A DNA stretch of 64,000 nucleotides from Candidatus Marinacidobacterales bacterium (GTDB taxonomy: Bacteria > Acidobacteriota > Vicinamibacteria > Marinacidobacterales > DATDRI01). The translations under genes and the position numbers were made by a program. This document shows, one piece after another, positions 25,225-33,762 of this stretch (position 1 is the first letter of the stretch; each line of letters starts with the position of its first letter). The notes under the pieces are model-generated. The model did no database searches. It saw only the letters and a list, made by a program, of their open reading frames with translations, and was not told the origin of the DNA. The stretch covers positions 5,664,001 through 5,728,000 of the forward strand of contig OZ245365.1 in NCBI GenBank assembly GCA_965226495.1. Direction: 5' to 3'.

Positions 25225-25587
25225 AGTGTTTCTTCCTTTTAGTAATAGATAGTTGTTAAACAAGTAATTATATCAATAATAGCCTGTTGAAACAAACAAA
25301 ACGCATAGTTAAACCCTTTAAAACTGGTTATTTATAAAGAAATTAAACCATAGGAAACTCCGCGGATAGGATCTACTAAGAATTGTGGAAATTTGGTCTG
25401 GCGGCTTACTCTCTGGTCTTCCACAGACACGTGCATATCTCTGTTGAAAAAGAGGAAAAGTCCGAAGGTGCCTCTCAGGTCGTGCTGGACGTCCAAAATG
25501 GGGAGTAGCCATCGGGTGGCCGTCAAAATACGTTGTGGTAGCAACCAAGGTCGTCAGACGGCGGTAGCCGGCGTCGCTCGTGGAAAT
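25225..25587. other. oriC, dnaA-dnaN part: AT-rich unwinding element, DnaA-trio-like repeats and DnaA boxes
   Basis: Very AT-rich 25225-25385; box-like TGTTGAAAC 25285-93 next to GCC and TAA/TAG triplets; boxes TGTGGAAAT 25384-92, TCTTCCACA 25417-25, TGTTGAAAA 25442-50. Confidence 0.8.
25488..25562 (-). repeat. Copy C of the 44-bp element (25519-25562) plus a partial tandem unit (25488-25524)
   Basis: Reverse complement reads GCCGTC-TGACG...ATTTT-GACGGC, 44 bp. Confidence 0.65.
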
Positions 25588-26907
25588 TCAGTGGAAGGAC
25601 TCTATAAAGCCCTGTATGAGCTTATCGAAGTCGGGATCGGTACCCATCATACCCTTCACCTTACGGATGGAGTGGATGACCGTCGAGTGGTGTTTTCCGC
25701 CGAAACCCTTGCCGATGTCGGGAAGGCTGGCCCTGGTTAGCTGCTTGGCCATATACATGGCAATCTGGCGGGGCAGGGCGACCGACTTGGAGTTGTTGCG
25801 GGCCTTGAGATCCGAGATTTTTAGGCTGTAGTGATCCGCCACGAACTTCTGGATCATCTCCAGGTTGATGATGCGATCTTCGCTCGCTAGGAGATCGCGC
25901 AGAACATCTTGGGCGAGCTCAAGATTCACAGTGCGGCCAGTCAGTGAGGAGTAGGCGATCAGCCGGATAAGAGAGCCTTCGAGCTCCCGGACGTTCGACT
26001 TGATTTTGGAAGCGATAAAGATCGCTACATTGTCAGGGATGTGGACCTGCTCGGCATCCGCCTTTTTTCTGAGAATCGCGATTTTTGTCTCGAGGTCGGG
26101 GGCTTGGATATCTGCAGTGAGTCCCCATTCGAAACGGGAGTGGAGCCTCTCTTCCAAGGTGGGTATGGCCCGAGGAGGGGCGTCACTGCTTATGGCAATT
26201 TGTTTCTGCGCGTCGTAGAGGGCGTTGAAGGTGTGAAAGAATTCTTCCTGTGTGCGTTCTTTCCCCGCGATGAATTGAATGTCGTCGATGAGCAAGACGT
26301 CGATGGAGCGGAGTCGACGCCGGAAGTCGAGGATGCGGTCGTAGCGGATAGCATTGATGAGGTCGTTCATGAACTTTTCGGCGGAGATGTAGACTAAGCG
26401 GACGCTGTTGTTCTGCTGAAGGATCTGGTGACCGATCGCATGTAGGAGATGCGTTTTCCCGAGGCCCACGCCGCCATAGATGAAGAGCGGGTTGTAGGCT
26501 TTCGATGGTGACTCTGCCACCGCTCGCGATGCGGCGTGCGCGAACTGATTGCTGGTGCCGACGACGAAGGAGTCGAACGTGTATTTGGAGCTCAGCGCGG
26601 GGAGTTCTTGTTTGTCGGGAACCACCGAAGGAGCGGTTTCGGTGACCGATGGTCCTTCTTGCTCGGAGGCGGCCTGCGCTGCTTCGAACACCACTTCGAT
26701 CTCGTGTCGATCCAACTCGTCCAGGGACTCGTGAATGACCCCGGTGTAGTGTTTGGTTAGCCAGTCACGAAAGTGCGAATTGGGAACTTGAACCGCAAGC
26801 TTGTTGCCGGTCTCGAACAATAACCGCGTCGGTCGAAACCAGGTATTGAAGCTATGCCGGTTTACCTTGGATTCGACTCTCGCGAGAATACTCTCCCAGA
26901 GATTCAT
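25588..26907 (-). CDS. dnaA: Chromosomal replication initiator
   Basis: YTFDSFVVG, NPLFIYGGVGLGKTHL, LLIDDIQF, QEEFFHTFN, PRQIAMY, HSTVIHS. Confidence 0.99.
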   Translation of the reverse strand: MNLWESILARVESKVNRHSFNTWFRPTRLLFETGNKLAVQVPNSHFRDWLTKHYTGVIHESLDELDRHEIEVVFEAAQAASEQEGPSVTETAPSVVPDKQELPALSSKYTFDSFVVGTSNQFAHAASRAVAESPSKAYNPLFIYGGVGLGKTHLLHAIGHQILQQNNSVRLVYISAEKFMNDLINAIRYDRILDFRRRLRSIDVLLIDDIQFIAGKERTQEEFFHTFNALYDAQKQIAISSDAPPRAIPTLEERLHSRFEWGLTADIQAPDLETKIAILRKKADAEQVHIPDNVAIFIASKIKSNVRELEGSLIRLIAYSSLTGRTVNLELAQDVLRDLLASEDRIINLEMIQKFVADHYSLKISDLKARNNSKSVALPRQIAMYMAKQLTRASLPDIGKGFGGKHHSTVIHSIRKVKGMMGTDPDFDKLIQGFIESFH

Positions 26908-27009
26908 AGTTAGGCCAGGCTAAACAACTTAAACTAATAGATTTACGAAGGCCGCCACGGGCGTTCGTGGGAAACTTCCAAGGACACCGCGGCCACTCTC
27001 CGGGAGGCG

Positions 27010-27041
27010 TTTTGCACAGTTTTTTCCACAGGTGTTGAAAA
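27010..27041. promoter_or_regulatory. DnaA box cluster upstream of dnaA
   Basis: TTTTGCACA 27010-18, TTTTCCACA 27022-30, TGTTGAAAA 27033-41. Confidence 0.75.
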
Positions 27042-27290
27042 AAAGTACATCCAACGACTCCCCTGCTGATGCAGTTTGCGGTTTTTTGTACCGGACGAGC
27101 GGCAAACATTAGCACAAGGGATCGAGTCCGACAAGAGAAATGTAGGACGCATGTTCCGTGAAAAGTGTGTTCCTTGGTTGACAGTTCGGGAGGACGGAGG
27201 TAGCATGACTGGTTTGGCCAGTGAACGGTTTTCGTCTCGGTTCTTGCAGGCGGGAGCGGAAGGCGGCTCAGCAGTGAGAGAGGTTAGAAC

Positions 27291-27425
27291 ATGAAAAGGA
27301 CATTCCAGCCGAACCGTCGGCGCCGGAAAAAGACGCACGGTTTCCGGATCCGCATGAGTAGCAAAGCAGGGCGCGCCGTGATCGCGCGTCGCCGTCGCAA
27401 GGGCAGGCGTCGGCTGGCCGGCTAG
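27291..27425 (+). CDS. rpmH: 50S ribosomal protein L34 (not in the ORF track)
   Basis: Manual translation [44 protein letters not shown]. Confidence 0.97.
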   Translation: MKRTFQPNRRRRKKTHGFRIRMSSKAGRAVIARRRRKGRRRLAG

Positions 27426-27445
27426 GCCAGCGAAGCCTGCGAAAA

Positions 27446-27844
27446 GTGAAGAGACGAGCGATCGCTTGGAGTGCTTTGAAACAACAGCTGGGTCGCCAGG
27501 ATCGGTTGAGACGGAAGGCGGATTTTGAGAAAGTCTACTCGAAAGGACGACGGGTTTCCGGACGACTCTTTATTGGCTACCTCTTGTTTGGGGAGCGGGG
27601 CCCGCTTCGGGTCGGCGTCGTTGCCAGCCGTCGAGTGGGAGACGCGATTCGTCGAAACCGGGCAAAGCGTCGGCTCCGCGAAGTGTTTCGCAAGAACAAA
27701 CCGCGCGGTTCAATAACCGCGGATGTCGTCCTCATTGCCAGAGCCGCGATCACCGAGGCCAGCTTTGAGGATATCTCTAGAGCCTATGTTCGAGGCGTGG
27801 GCCGAGCTCTCGAGGAAGGCAGCCGACAACCTGAAGGCACTTGA
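27446..27844 (+). CDS. rnpA: Ribonuclease P protein component
   Basis: [37 protein letters not shown]; synteny; start may be TTG 27476. Confidence 0.93.
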   Translation: MKRRAIAWSALKQQLGRQDRLRRKADFEKVYSKGRRVSGRLFIGYLLFGERGPLRVGVVASRRVGDAIRRNRAKRRLREVFRKNKPRGSITADVVLIARAAITEASFEDISRAYVRGVGRALEEGSRQPEGT

Positions 27845-28064
27845 TCGGCTCGTACTGGCACGAGTGGTGCTGGCCGGAATCTGGTTCTACCGGGTCTTCC
27901 TGTCATGGTTGTTTCGCGGCACGTGCCGTTTCGTCCCTTCCTGCTCCGCCTATTCGGCAGAGGCCGTAGAGCGCTACGGGGCCATCCAGGGTATCTGGAA
28001 AACGGTCCGTCGCCTCGGAAGATGCCACCCGTTTAGCCCCGGTGGTTTTGACCCCGTTCCTTAA
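27723..28064 (+). CDS. yidD: Membrane protein insertion efficiency factor
   Basis: [10 protein letters not shown]...[14 protein letters not shown]; true start probably further downstream. Confidence 0.9.
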   Translation: MSSSLPEPRSPRPALRISLEPMFEAWAELSRKAADNLKALDRLVLARVVLAGIWFYRVFLSWLFRGTCRFVPSCSAYSAEAVERYGAIQGIWKTVRRLGRCHPFSPGGFDPVP

Positions 28065-28072
28065 GGACTTTA

Positions 28073-29839
28073 ATGGAAAAGCGAATCTTGATGGCCTTCG
28101 CGCTGTCGTTTATGGTCTTCACTCTTTATCTGAGGTTTTTTGCCCCGCCGCCGGAACCACAGCCGCTTACCGAGCCCGGGCAGCCAGGAAGTACCTTCGA
28201 GGACGCCGGTCGTCGGCCCCTCGAAACGTCGAGACCTCCAGCACCGTCGGCGTCGGTGCCCGTGACGTCTTCGATTGAGGTTTCGAGTGAAGGTTCCGAA
28301 GCCGAGGCACCTGCCGGTGAAGTGCGCGCAGACGCCATCGACCGGACGATCGAAGTCAACACGCCGCTTTACCGGGCCGTGTTGGTGAATCGCGGTGCCA
28401 CCATCCAGAGCTTCACCCTCAAGGAATATGCGAACGAACAAGGGGATCCTTTCGAGATGGTTCCCATCGAGGCGAGCGAGATCCTGGGAGTCCATCCCCT
28501 CGCTCTAGACCTCCGGGACCCCGCGATCACGGAAGAAGTGAAGGATGCGCTTTTCGAGACGTCGCGCTTGCGGATGGACTTGCGTCCGGGAGAAACCGGA
28601 GAGCTCTCGTTCGATTGGGCGAACGGGCGAGGACTTACCGTCAGCAAGAAGGTGGGATTTTCCGCCGAAACCTACCGGCTCACGGTCGAGGTTTCGGTCC
28701 AACGAAACGGCATCGAGCTCGACAAGATGATGCTCTACGGACCCGGCGTTGGAGATCAGGCGCGCGAAGGCAGATACGTGCAACCCGACCAGGGCGTAAT
28801 CCAGTCGAATGGTCAGATGGAGTTCTTCTCGCTGGGCGACATCGAGGACTTCCCGGGGGCTTCGGTGGGAGTTCAAATGGCAGGCGTTTCCGCCCACTAC
28901 TTTGCCGGACTCATGGTGCCGGAGAAGGACAGCCGCCTCGCCGCAACCCTCGCTACCCAGACGCTCGAGCTGGGCGGGGAGACTCCCCAGAAACGTGTCT
29001 TCATCACGGCCGGGCTCGAAGCGGCGAACGCGCCTCTAGCAGCGACGGTCTTCATAGGGCCCAAGAAGCAAGACCTGCTGGCCGAGCTCGGTCCGGGAAT
29101 CGACAAGGTCGTCGACTACGGAAGCTGGATGCGCCACCTGGCCTTGCCGCTTCGCCAGGGCCTCTTGTGGATCTACGGCTACGTCGGTAATTTCGGATGG
29201 TCGATCGTCTTGCTGACCGTTGGGATCAACGTGCTCCTGATTCCTCTCAAGCACCATAGTTACGTCTCGATGCGGAAGATGCAGAAGCTCGGACCGCAGA
29301 TCAAGCGTATCCAGGAGCGGTACAAGAAGCTCAAGTCCACCGACCCACGCCGGCAGGACATGAACAAGGAGGTCTACGGCCTATACAAGGAGCACAACGT
29401 CTCCCCGCTCTCGGGGTGCCTGCCGATGGTCCTGATGATCCCCTTCTTTTTCGCCTTCTACCGCCTGCTGATGGTTTCGATCGAGCTTCGGCAAGCGCCA
29501 TGGATTCTCTGGATCCAAGATCTCTCCACATTTGATCCCTTCTTCGCGCTACCCATTTTGATGGGCGTCAGCCAGATCGCCATTCAGAGACTGAGCCCTC
29601 AGACCACTGCCGATCCGGTGCAGGCCAAGATCATGGCGTTTATGCCGGTCGTGTTCGTCTTCATCCTGGCTTGGGCTCCGTCCGGCCTGGTGCTGTACTG
29701 GTTCGTAAACAATTTGGTCTCCCTGGGTCAGCAGACCGTGACCAATCGGATGCTAACAAAGGGCGGGCCGGAAGGAGCGGGTACGGCCGGTGCTAAGAAA
29801 AAGAAGAAGAAGAAAGCAAGCGCTCAGACGGTTGTCTGA
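28073..29839 (+). CDS. yidC: Membrane protein insertase YidC
   Basis: N-terminal TM, large periplasmic domain, GNFGWSIVLLT, PLSGCLP, ELRQAPW.LWIQDLS, SGLVLYW. Confidence 0.96.
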   Translation: MEKRILMAFALSFMVFTLYLRFFAPPPEPQPLTEPGQPGSTFEDAGRRPLETSRPPAPSASVPVTSSIEVSSEGSEAEAPAGEVRADAIDRTIEVNTPLYRAVLVNRGATIQSFTLKEYANEQGDPFEMVPIEASEILGVHPLALDLRDPAITEEVKDALFETSRLRMDLRPGETGELSFDWANGRGLTVSKKVGFSAETYRLTVEVSVQRNGIELDKMMLYGPGVGDQAREGRYVQPDQGVIQSNGQMEFFSLGDIEDFPGASVGVQMAGVSAHYFAGLMVPEKDSRLAATLATQTLELGGETPQKRVFITAGLEAANAPLAATVFIGPKKQDLLAELGPGIDKVVDYGSWMRHLALPLRQGLLWIYGYVGNFGWSIVLLTVGINVLLIPLKHHSYVSMRKMQKLGPQIKRIQERYKKLKSTDPRRQDMNKEVYGLYKEHNVSPLSGCLPMVLMIPFFFAFYRLLMVSIELRQAPWILWIQDLSTFDPFFALPILMGVSQIAIQRLSPQTTADPVQAKIMAFMPVVFVFILAWAPSGLVLYWFVNNLVSLGQQTVTNRMLTKGGPEGAGTAGAKKKKKKKASAQTVV

Positions 29840-29882
29840 CGGCCGGCGACTGAACGGGGACGAAACATGAGCATTGAAGAAG

Positions 29883-29927
29883 GCCGTCTGACGGGGTGTA
29901 TCGTTGGCAACTTCGCATACTGACGGC
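29883..29927 (+). repeat. Copy D of the 45-bp element between yidC and jag
   Basis: GCCGTC-TGAC...TGGCAACTTCG...ACT-GACGGC. Confidence 0.7.
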
Positions 29928-29956
29928 TGAAAGGATGCTGGATTCGAGATGAGATC

Positions 29957-30403
29957 ATGAATATCGAGGAAGAAGTGAAAGCCTTTCAAACTGAGGTGGT
30001 CGAGCGCATGGGGTTCGACCTCCGCGTCGAGGTCGAGTCAACGGACGAGAACATACTGGTGGAGATGAGCGGCCCGGATCGGGACGAGGTTCTGCAGGAG
30101 AAAGCGGAGCTCCTGGACACCTTCCAGTACCTGCTCAACCGCGTCTTCGCGACACACCTGTCCGGTCGACGCATCGTCGCCGACTGCGACGGCTTCCGCA
30201 TACGCAAGGAAGAGGAGCTTCGGCTGATTGCGCAAAAGGTCTCCCAAAGAGTCAAGCTCACTGGGGCCGGCGAAATCCTTGGCCGGATGAATCCCCACGA
30301 GAGGCGCATCGTTCATCTGGCGGTAGCCGAGGAAGAGGGGGTCACCACCGAGAGCGAAGGCGAGGGCTTCATGAAGAGCATCACCATCCTTCCCCAAAAC
30401 TGA
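29957..30403 (+). CDS. jag: Jag/EloR-like KH-R3H RNA-binding protein lacking the Jag_N domain
   Basis: LDTFQYLLN, MNPHERRIVH (R3H), TESEGEG; synteny after yidC. Confidence 0.88.
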   Translation: MNIEEEVKAFQTEVVERMGFDLRVEVESTDENILVEMSGPDRDEVLQEKAELLDTFQYLLNRVFATHLSGRRIVADCDGFRIRKEEELRLIAQKVSQRVKLTGAGEILGRMNPHERRIVHLAVAEEEGVTTESEGEGFMKSITILPQN

Positions 30404-30456
30404 CGTCCAATCCTCGCAACCCCACCAGGAACCCCCAACTGCCGGAGGAGAGTGGC

Positions 30457-31089
30457 GTGGAAGAGCGTCTCGCAGATCGCTTGCGCGGACTGGACATCCC
30501 CCTAGGCAGTGCTCAGGTCGGGCAGCTGGTCAAGCTCGATGACCTGCTCGACAAGTGGAGCGAGGCCGTCGATCTCTCGGGATTTCGAGATGGCGAGGAA
30601 CGGTTCCATCGCTACTTGGCGGAGCCTCTCGACGCCCATCGATGGCTCCCCGCCCTCACCGGCGCGGCCCTCGATATCGGCTCCGGTGGGGGCAGCCCCG
30701 CCCTTCCTTTAGCCGTCGCGCGTCCAGGTGATCGCTGGACCCTTCTCGAGCCCAACCGCCGACGGGCGGTCTTTCTGGAGGAAGCCCTGTCGATCTTGGG
30801 GCTCGAAGCGTCGCACGTGGTCCGCCGACGGTGGGAAGACTTCGTTCCCGACGCACCCTTCCTGACGATCACCAGCCGTGGGGTTGCTTTGCCAGCGAGC
30901 GCGCTTTCGACACTGGCCCACTGGCTCGAGCCAGCAGGAAGGCTTCTCTTGTTCACGGGCCAGGAGCGTAGTGAGGAATTGGTGCAATGGGGGGCCGACA
31001 TCCCGACGCTCCACCTCAAGGGGCAGATCGCCCTCGGCCCCCAGCTCAAGGCGTGGCTGGTCGTCTTCGAGGGGCGCGGGACGACGTGA
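30457..31089 (+). CDS. rsmG: 16S rRNA m7G527 methyltransferase (divergent)
   Basis: LDIGSGGGSPALPLA, TLLEPNRRRAVFL, ITSRGVA; position before parAB. Confidence 0.82.
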   Translation: MEERLADRLRGLDIPLGSAQVGQLVKLDDLLDKWSEAVDLSGFRDGEERFHRYLAEPLDAHRWLPALTGAALDIGSGGGSPALPLAVARPGDRWTLLEPNRRRAVFLEEALSILGLEASHVVRRRWEDFVPDAPFLTITSRGVALPASALSTLAHWLEPAGRLLLFTGQERSEELVQWGADIPTLHLKGQIALGPQLKAWLVVFEGRGTT

Positions 31090-31456
31090 GTGACGAGAGC
31101 CTTTCGGCCAGCTCGTCGAGCCGCTCGCGCTCCGGGTGACGGAACCGCGATTTGATCTCCACCATTTCTCGCCAGACGCCGAAGACCTCGTGTTTGTGCC
31201 CCAGCAAAGGGTAACGGTCGAAATGGTCCACGACGGGAAGGAGCTCGTTATGGCGGCTGACACGGTAGTAAAGTCCCCCGGGCGAGACCGGATAAATCCG
31301 ACCCCCACCCCAATAGCTCTGAAGGTCCTCCAGAATGACTCGGTCCCGCTCGGGAAGACGGAGGGAGAAGTAGACCGAGATGTTGCCGGCGCTGCGGCTA
31401 AAGGTGAAAGAGCCGCTCGCGTCGGCGAGTCCGGTGACGTATTCGGGGGCTAGCAT
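31046..31456 (-). CDS. Single-motif LAGLIDADG-family protein, predicted nuclease-dead
   Basis: YVTGLADASGSF helix, then RDRVILEDLQSYWGGGRIY, YYRVSRHNELLPVVDHFDRYPLLGHK, matching the LAGLIDADG_1 pattern. Confidence 0.85.
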   Translation of the reverse strand: MLAPEYVTGLADASGSFTFSRSAGNISVYFSLRLPERDRVILEDLQSYWGGGRIYPVSPGGLYYRVSRHNELLPVVDHFDRYPLLGHKHEVFGVWREMVEIKSRFRHPERERLDELAERLSSLTSSRAPRRRPATP

Positions 31457-31498
31457 CGTCTATAAGTTCGGGGCACCTGAAACTGTTTATATCAGAAC

Positions 31499-31514
31499 TG
31501 TTTCACGTGCAACA
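31499..31514. promoter_or_regulatory. parS centromere site
   Basis: TGTTTCACGTGCAACA, one mismatch to the consensus TGTTTCACGTGAAACA, about 95 bp upstream of parA. Confidence 0.9.
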
Positions 31515-31607
31515 TCCGTGACTGCTCAGCTAGTGGGTGGCACGAGTTGACACGACAAGGTTTCCTGCGGGGATGGGCGTTCATGCTATGCTGTGTCCTT
31601 CCGTCTT

Positions 31608-32384
31608 ATGGGCAGAATTGTCGCAATAGCTAACCAAAAGGGCGGTGTCGGAAAGACCACCACCGCGATCAACCTGGGGTCGTCCCTCGCCGCGGCCGAG
31701 GTCAGCACGCTCGTCGTGGATGTGGATCCCCAAGCAAACCTGACGAGTGGGTTAGGGCTTAGGCCGAAATCCCAAAACGGGACCATCTACGATGCTCTCA
31801 TCGGGGACAAACCGGTCACGAGCTTGATCGTGGACACGTCGCTCGAACACCTGAAAGCGATCACGTCTGAACGCAATTTGACCGGGGCGGAAATCGAATT
31901 GGTGGGCGAGTCGCGCCGCGAATTTCGACTCAAGGATGTCCTGGCGCCGATCGTCTCGGATTTTGACTATGTGCTCATCGACTGTCCTCCTTCGCTGGGG
32001 TTGCTTACGGTGAATGCCTTGGTGGCGGCCGACTCGGTTCTGATTCCACTGCAGTGCGAGTTCTTTGCGCTGGAGGGAGTGAGCGAGCTCATGTCCACCG
32101 TCGAGAGAATTCAGCAAAGTTTCAACCCGGAGCTGACGGTCGAAGGTATCCTCTTGACGATGTTCGACGAGCGGACCAACCTCTCCGCCCAAGTCATCGA
32201 AGACGTCCGGAAGCATTTCCAAGGAGCAGTCTTCGAGAGCGTCGTGCCCCGCAACATCCGGCTTGCCGAGGCCCCTTCCCATGGGCAACCGATTCTGCTG
32301 TACGACATCCGATCCAAGGGAGCGGAGGCGTATTTGTCGCTCACCAAGGAGATCCTGAAGCATGAAACGCAAAGCGCTCGGTAA
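31608..32384 (+). CDS. parA: Chromosome partitioning ATPase ParA/Soj
   Basis: NQKGGVGKTTT, DVDPQAN, IDCPPSLGLLT, QCEFFALEG, RLAEAPSHG. Confidence 0.97.
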   Translation: MGRIVAIANQKGGVGKTTTAINLGSSLAAAEVSTLVVDVDPQANLTSGLGLRPKSQNGTIYDALIGDKPVTSLIVDTSLEHLKAITSERNLTGAEIELVGESRREFRLKDVLAPIVSDFDYVLIDCPPSLGLLTVNALVAADSVLIPLQCEFFALEGVSELMSTVERIQQSFNPELTVEGILLTMFDERTNLSAQVIEDVRKHFQGAVFESVVPRNIRLAEAPSHGQPILLYDIRSKGAEAYLSLTKEILKHETQSAR

Positions 32385-33243
32385 AGGTTTATCCGCCCTG
32401 CTTCCGCAGGCTCCCGCCGGCGCCGCCGAGAATTGGGCGGAGATCGAGATCGAGCGCATCGACCCCAACCCCTTCCAGCCGCGACAGCACATGGAAGAGG
32501 GGAAGCTCCGCGAGCTTTCGGAGTCACTATCCAAACAAGGGTTCATGCAACCGCTTCTCGTTCGGCGTATCGCCGGACGCTATCAACTCATTGCCGGAGA
32601 ACGGCGCTGGCGAGCCGCCCGACTGGCCGGGCTCAAGAAAGTGCCTGTGGTCGTCCGGCAAGTTGAGGAATCCCAGCTCCTCGAGCTGGCACTCATCGAG
32701 AACATCCAGCGAGAAGAGTTGAACCCCATCGAAGAGGCCGGTGCGTACCAGAAGCTGATTTCGGAGCTCGGTTTGTCCCAGGAGCAGGTTGCGTCGCGCG
32801 TCTCCAAGGACCGATCCACCGTGGCGAACATGCTTCGGCTACTGCGCCTACCCACCGCTATACGGAAAGCCATCGCCCAGCAACAGATATCGCCCGGTCA
32901 CGCCCGACCGCTGCTGGCGCTCGACGGGGCCGACGCCCAGATGGGTATTGCCCGTGAGGTCGTCGAAAAAGGACTTTCCGTTCGTGACGTCGAGCGGCGC
33001 GTGAAGGCGCTTCTCACCGAGAAGAGCCGCTCAGGGAAAAAGAAGACGAAGTCGCCGCTTGCCGATCCCAATACGCGAGCAGCCGAGGACCGGCTCCGAC
33101 AGGTTCTGGGCACCCGAGTCCGCATCCTTCGAAACGGCCGCGCCGGACGGATCGAGCTCTCGTTCCACTCCGAGGAAGACCTCAGCCGCCTCTACGAGAT
33201 GCTGCTCCGCGGAGCTCGCGCGAAGCTATCGCGCATCCGTTGA
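32362..33243 (+). CDS. parB: Chromosome partitioning CTPase ParB/Spo0J
   Basis: LGKGLSALL, PNPFQPR, IAGERRWRAA, ENIQREELNPIEEA, KDRSTVANMLRLL. Confidence 0.97.
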   Translation: MKRKALGKGLSALLPQAPAGAAENWAEIEIERIDPNPFQPRQHMEEGKLRELSESLSKQGFMQPLLVRRIAGRYQLIAGERRWRAARLAGLKKVPVVVRQVEESQLLELALIENIQREELNPIEEAGAYQKLISELGLSQEQVASRVSKDRSTVANMLRLLRLPTAIRKAIAQQQISPGHARPLLALDGADAQMGIAREVVEKGLSVRDVERRVKALLTEKSRSGKKKTKSPLADPNTRAAEDRLRQVLGTRVRILRNGRAGRIELSFHSEEDLSRLYEMLLRGARAKLSRIR

Positions 33244-33247
33244 TATC

Positions 33248-33277
33248 GCCTGCGAAAGCCTGCGAAAGCCTGCGAAA
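33248..33277 (+). repeat. Three copies of the 10-bp tandem repeat GCCTGCGAAA
   Basis: Read directly; a single copy also occurs at 27435-27444. Confidence 0.9.
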
Positions 33278-33319
33278 GAATGTATCGTTCAATACTGTGT
33301 GCGCCGGAAAGGGGGAACA

Positions 33320-33733
33320 TTGAAACTGAAGGGTGAGGCAGCGGGAGATCTCTCCGGCTTTCTCGATAACGAGACCGATCTAACCGGCGAGCTCAACTTC
33401 AAGGACACCATGCGCATTGACGGAAAGTTCCAAGGAAGTGTCCGGACCGGCAAGAGCCTGGTGATTGGTGAGACGGCGGACGTCAATGCAGAGATCGACG
33501 TGGATGCGATCTTTATCAGTGGGAAGGTGCAGGGTAAGGTACGGGCGCGAGAACGCGTCGAGCTTCACCGGACCGCCCGGGTCGATGCCGAGCTCCACAC
33601 GAAGATCCTCGTCGTCGAGGAGGGCGCCCAGTTCGAGGGCCATTGTTCGATGAAGAGCACGACCGTAAAGAAGCCGCTCGAGCAAGCAGCAACCACACAA
33701 GGCGAAAAGAAACAAATATTCGAAGTGAAGTAA
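33320..33733 (+). CDS. Bactofilin (polymer-forming cytoskeletal protein)
   Basis: GELNFKDTMRIDGKFQGSV, LVIGETADV, LVVEEGAQFEGHCSM; TTG start after GGGGGAA. Confidence 0.92.
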   Translation: MKLKGEAAGDLSGFLDNETDLTGELNFKDTMRIDGKFQGSVRTGKSLVIGETADVNAEIDVDAIFISGKVQGKVRARERVELHRTARVDAELHTKILVVEEGAQFEGHCSMKSTTVKKPLEQAATTQGEKKQIFEVK

Positions 33734-33762
33734 CGCGCAACGGGAAAGAGTTGCCGAAAGCG

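Noticed and set aside
25225-27290. GATC clustering at oriC implying Dam/SeqA-type control
   Set aside because: Only isolated GATC sites occur in the intergenic origin segments
31046-31456. Group I intron or intein-borne homing endonuclease
   Set aside because: rsmG and parA are uninterrupted, flanks are too short for a ribozyme, and no intein splice motifs are present
31538-31553. TGGCAC as a sigma54 promoter for parA
   Set aside because: No TTGC at the required spacing; may instead be a degenerate piece of the 44-bp element
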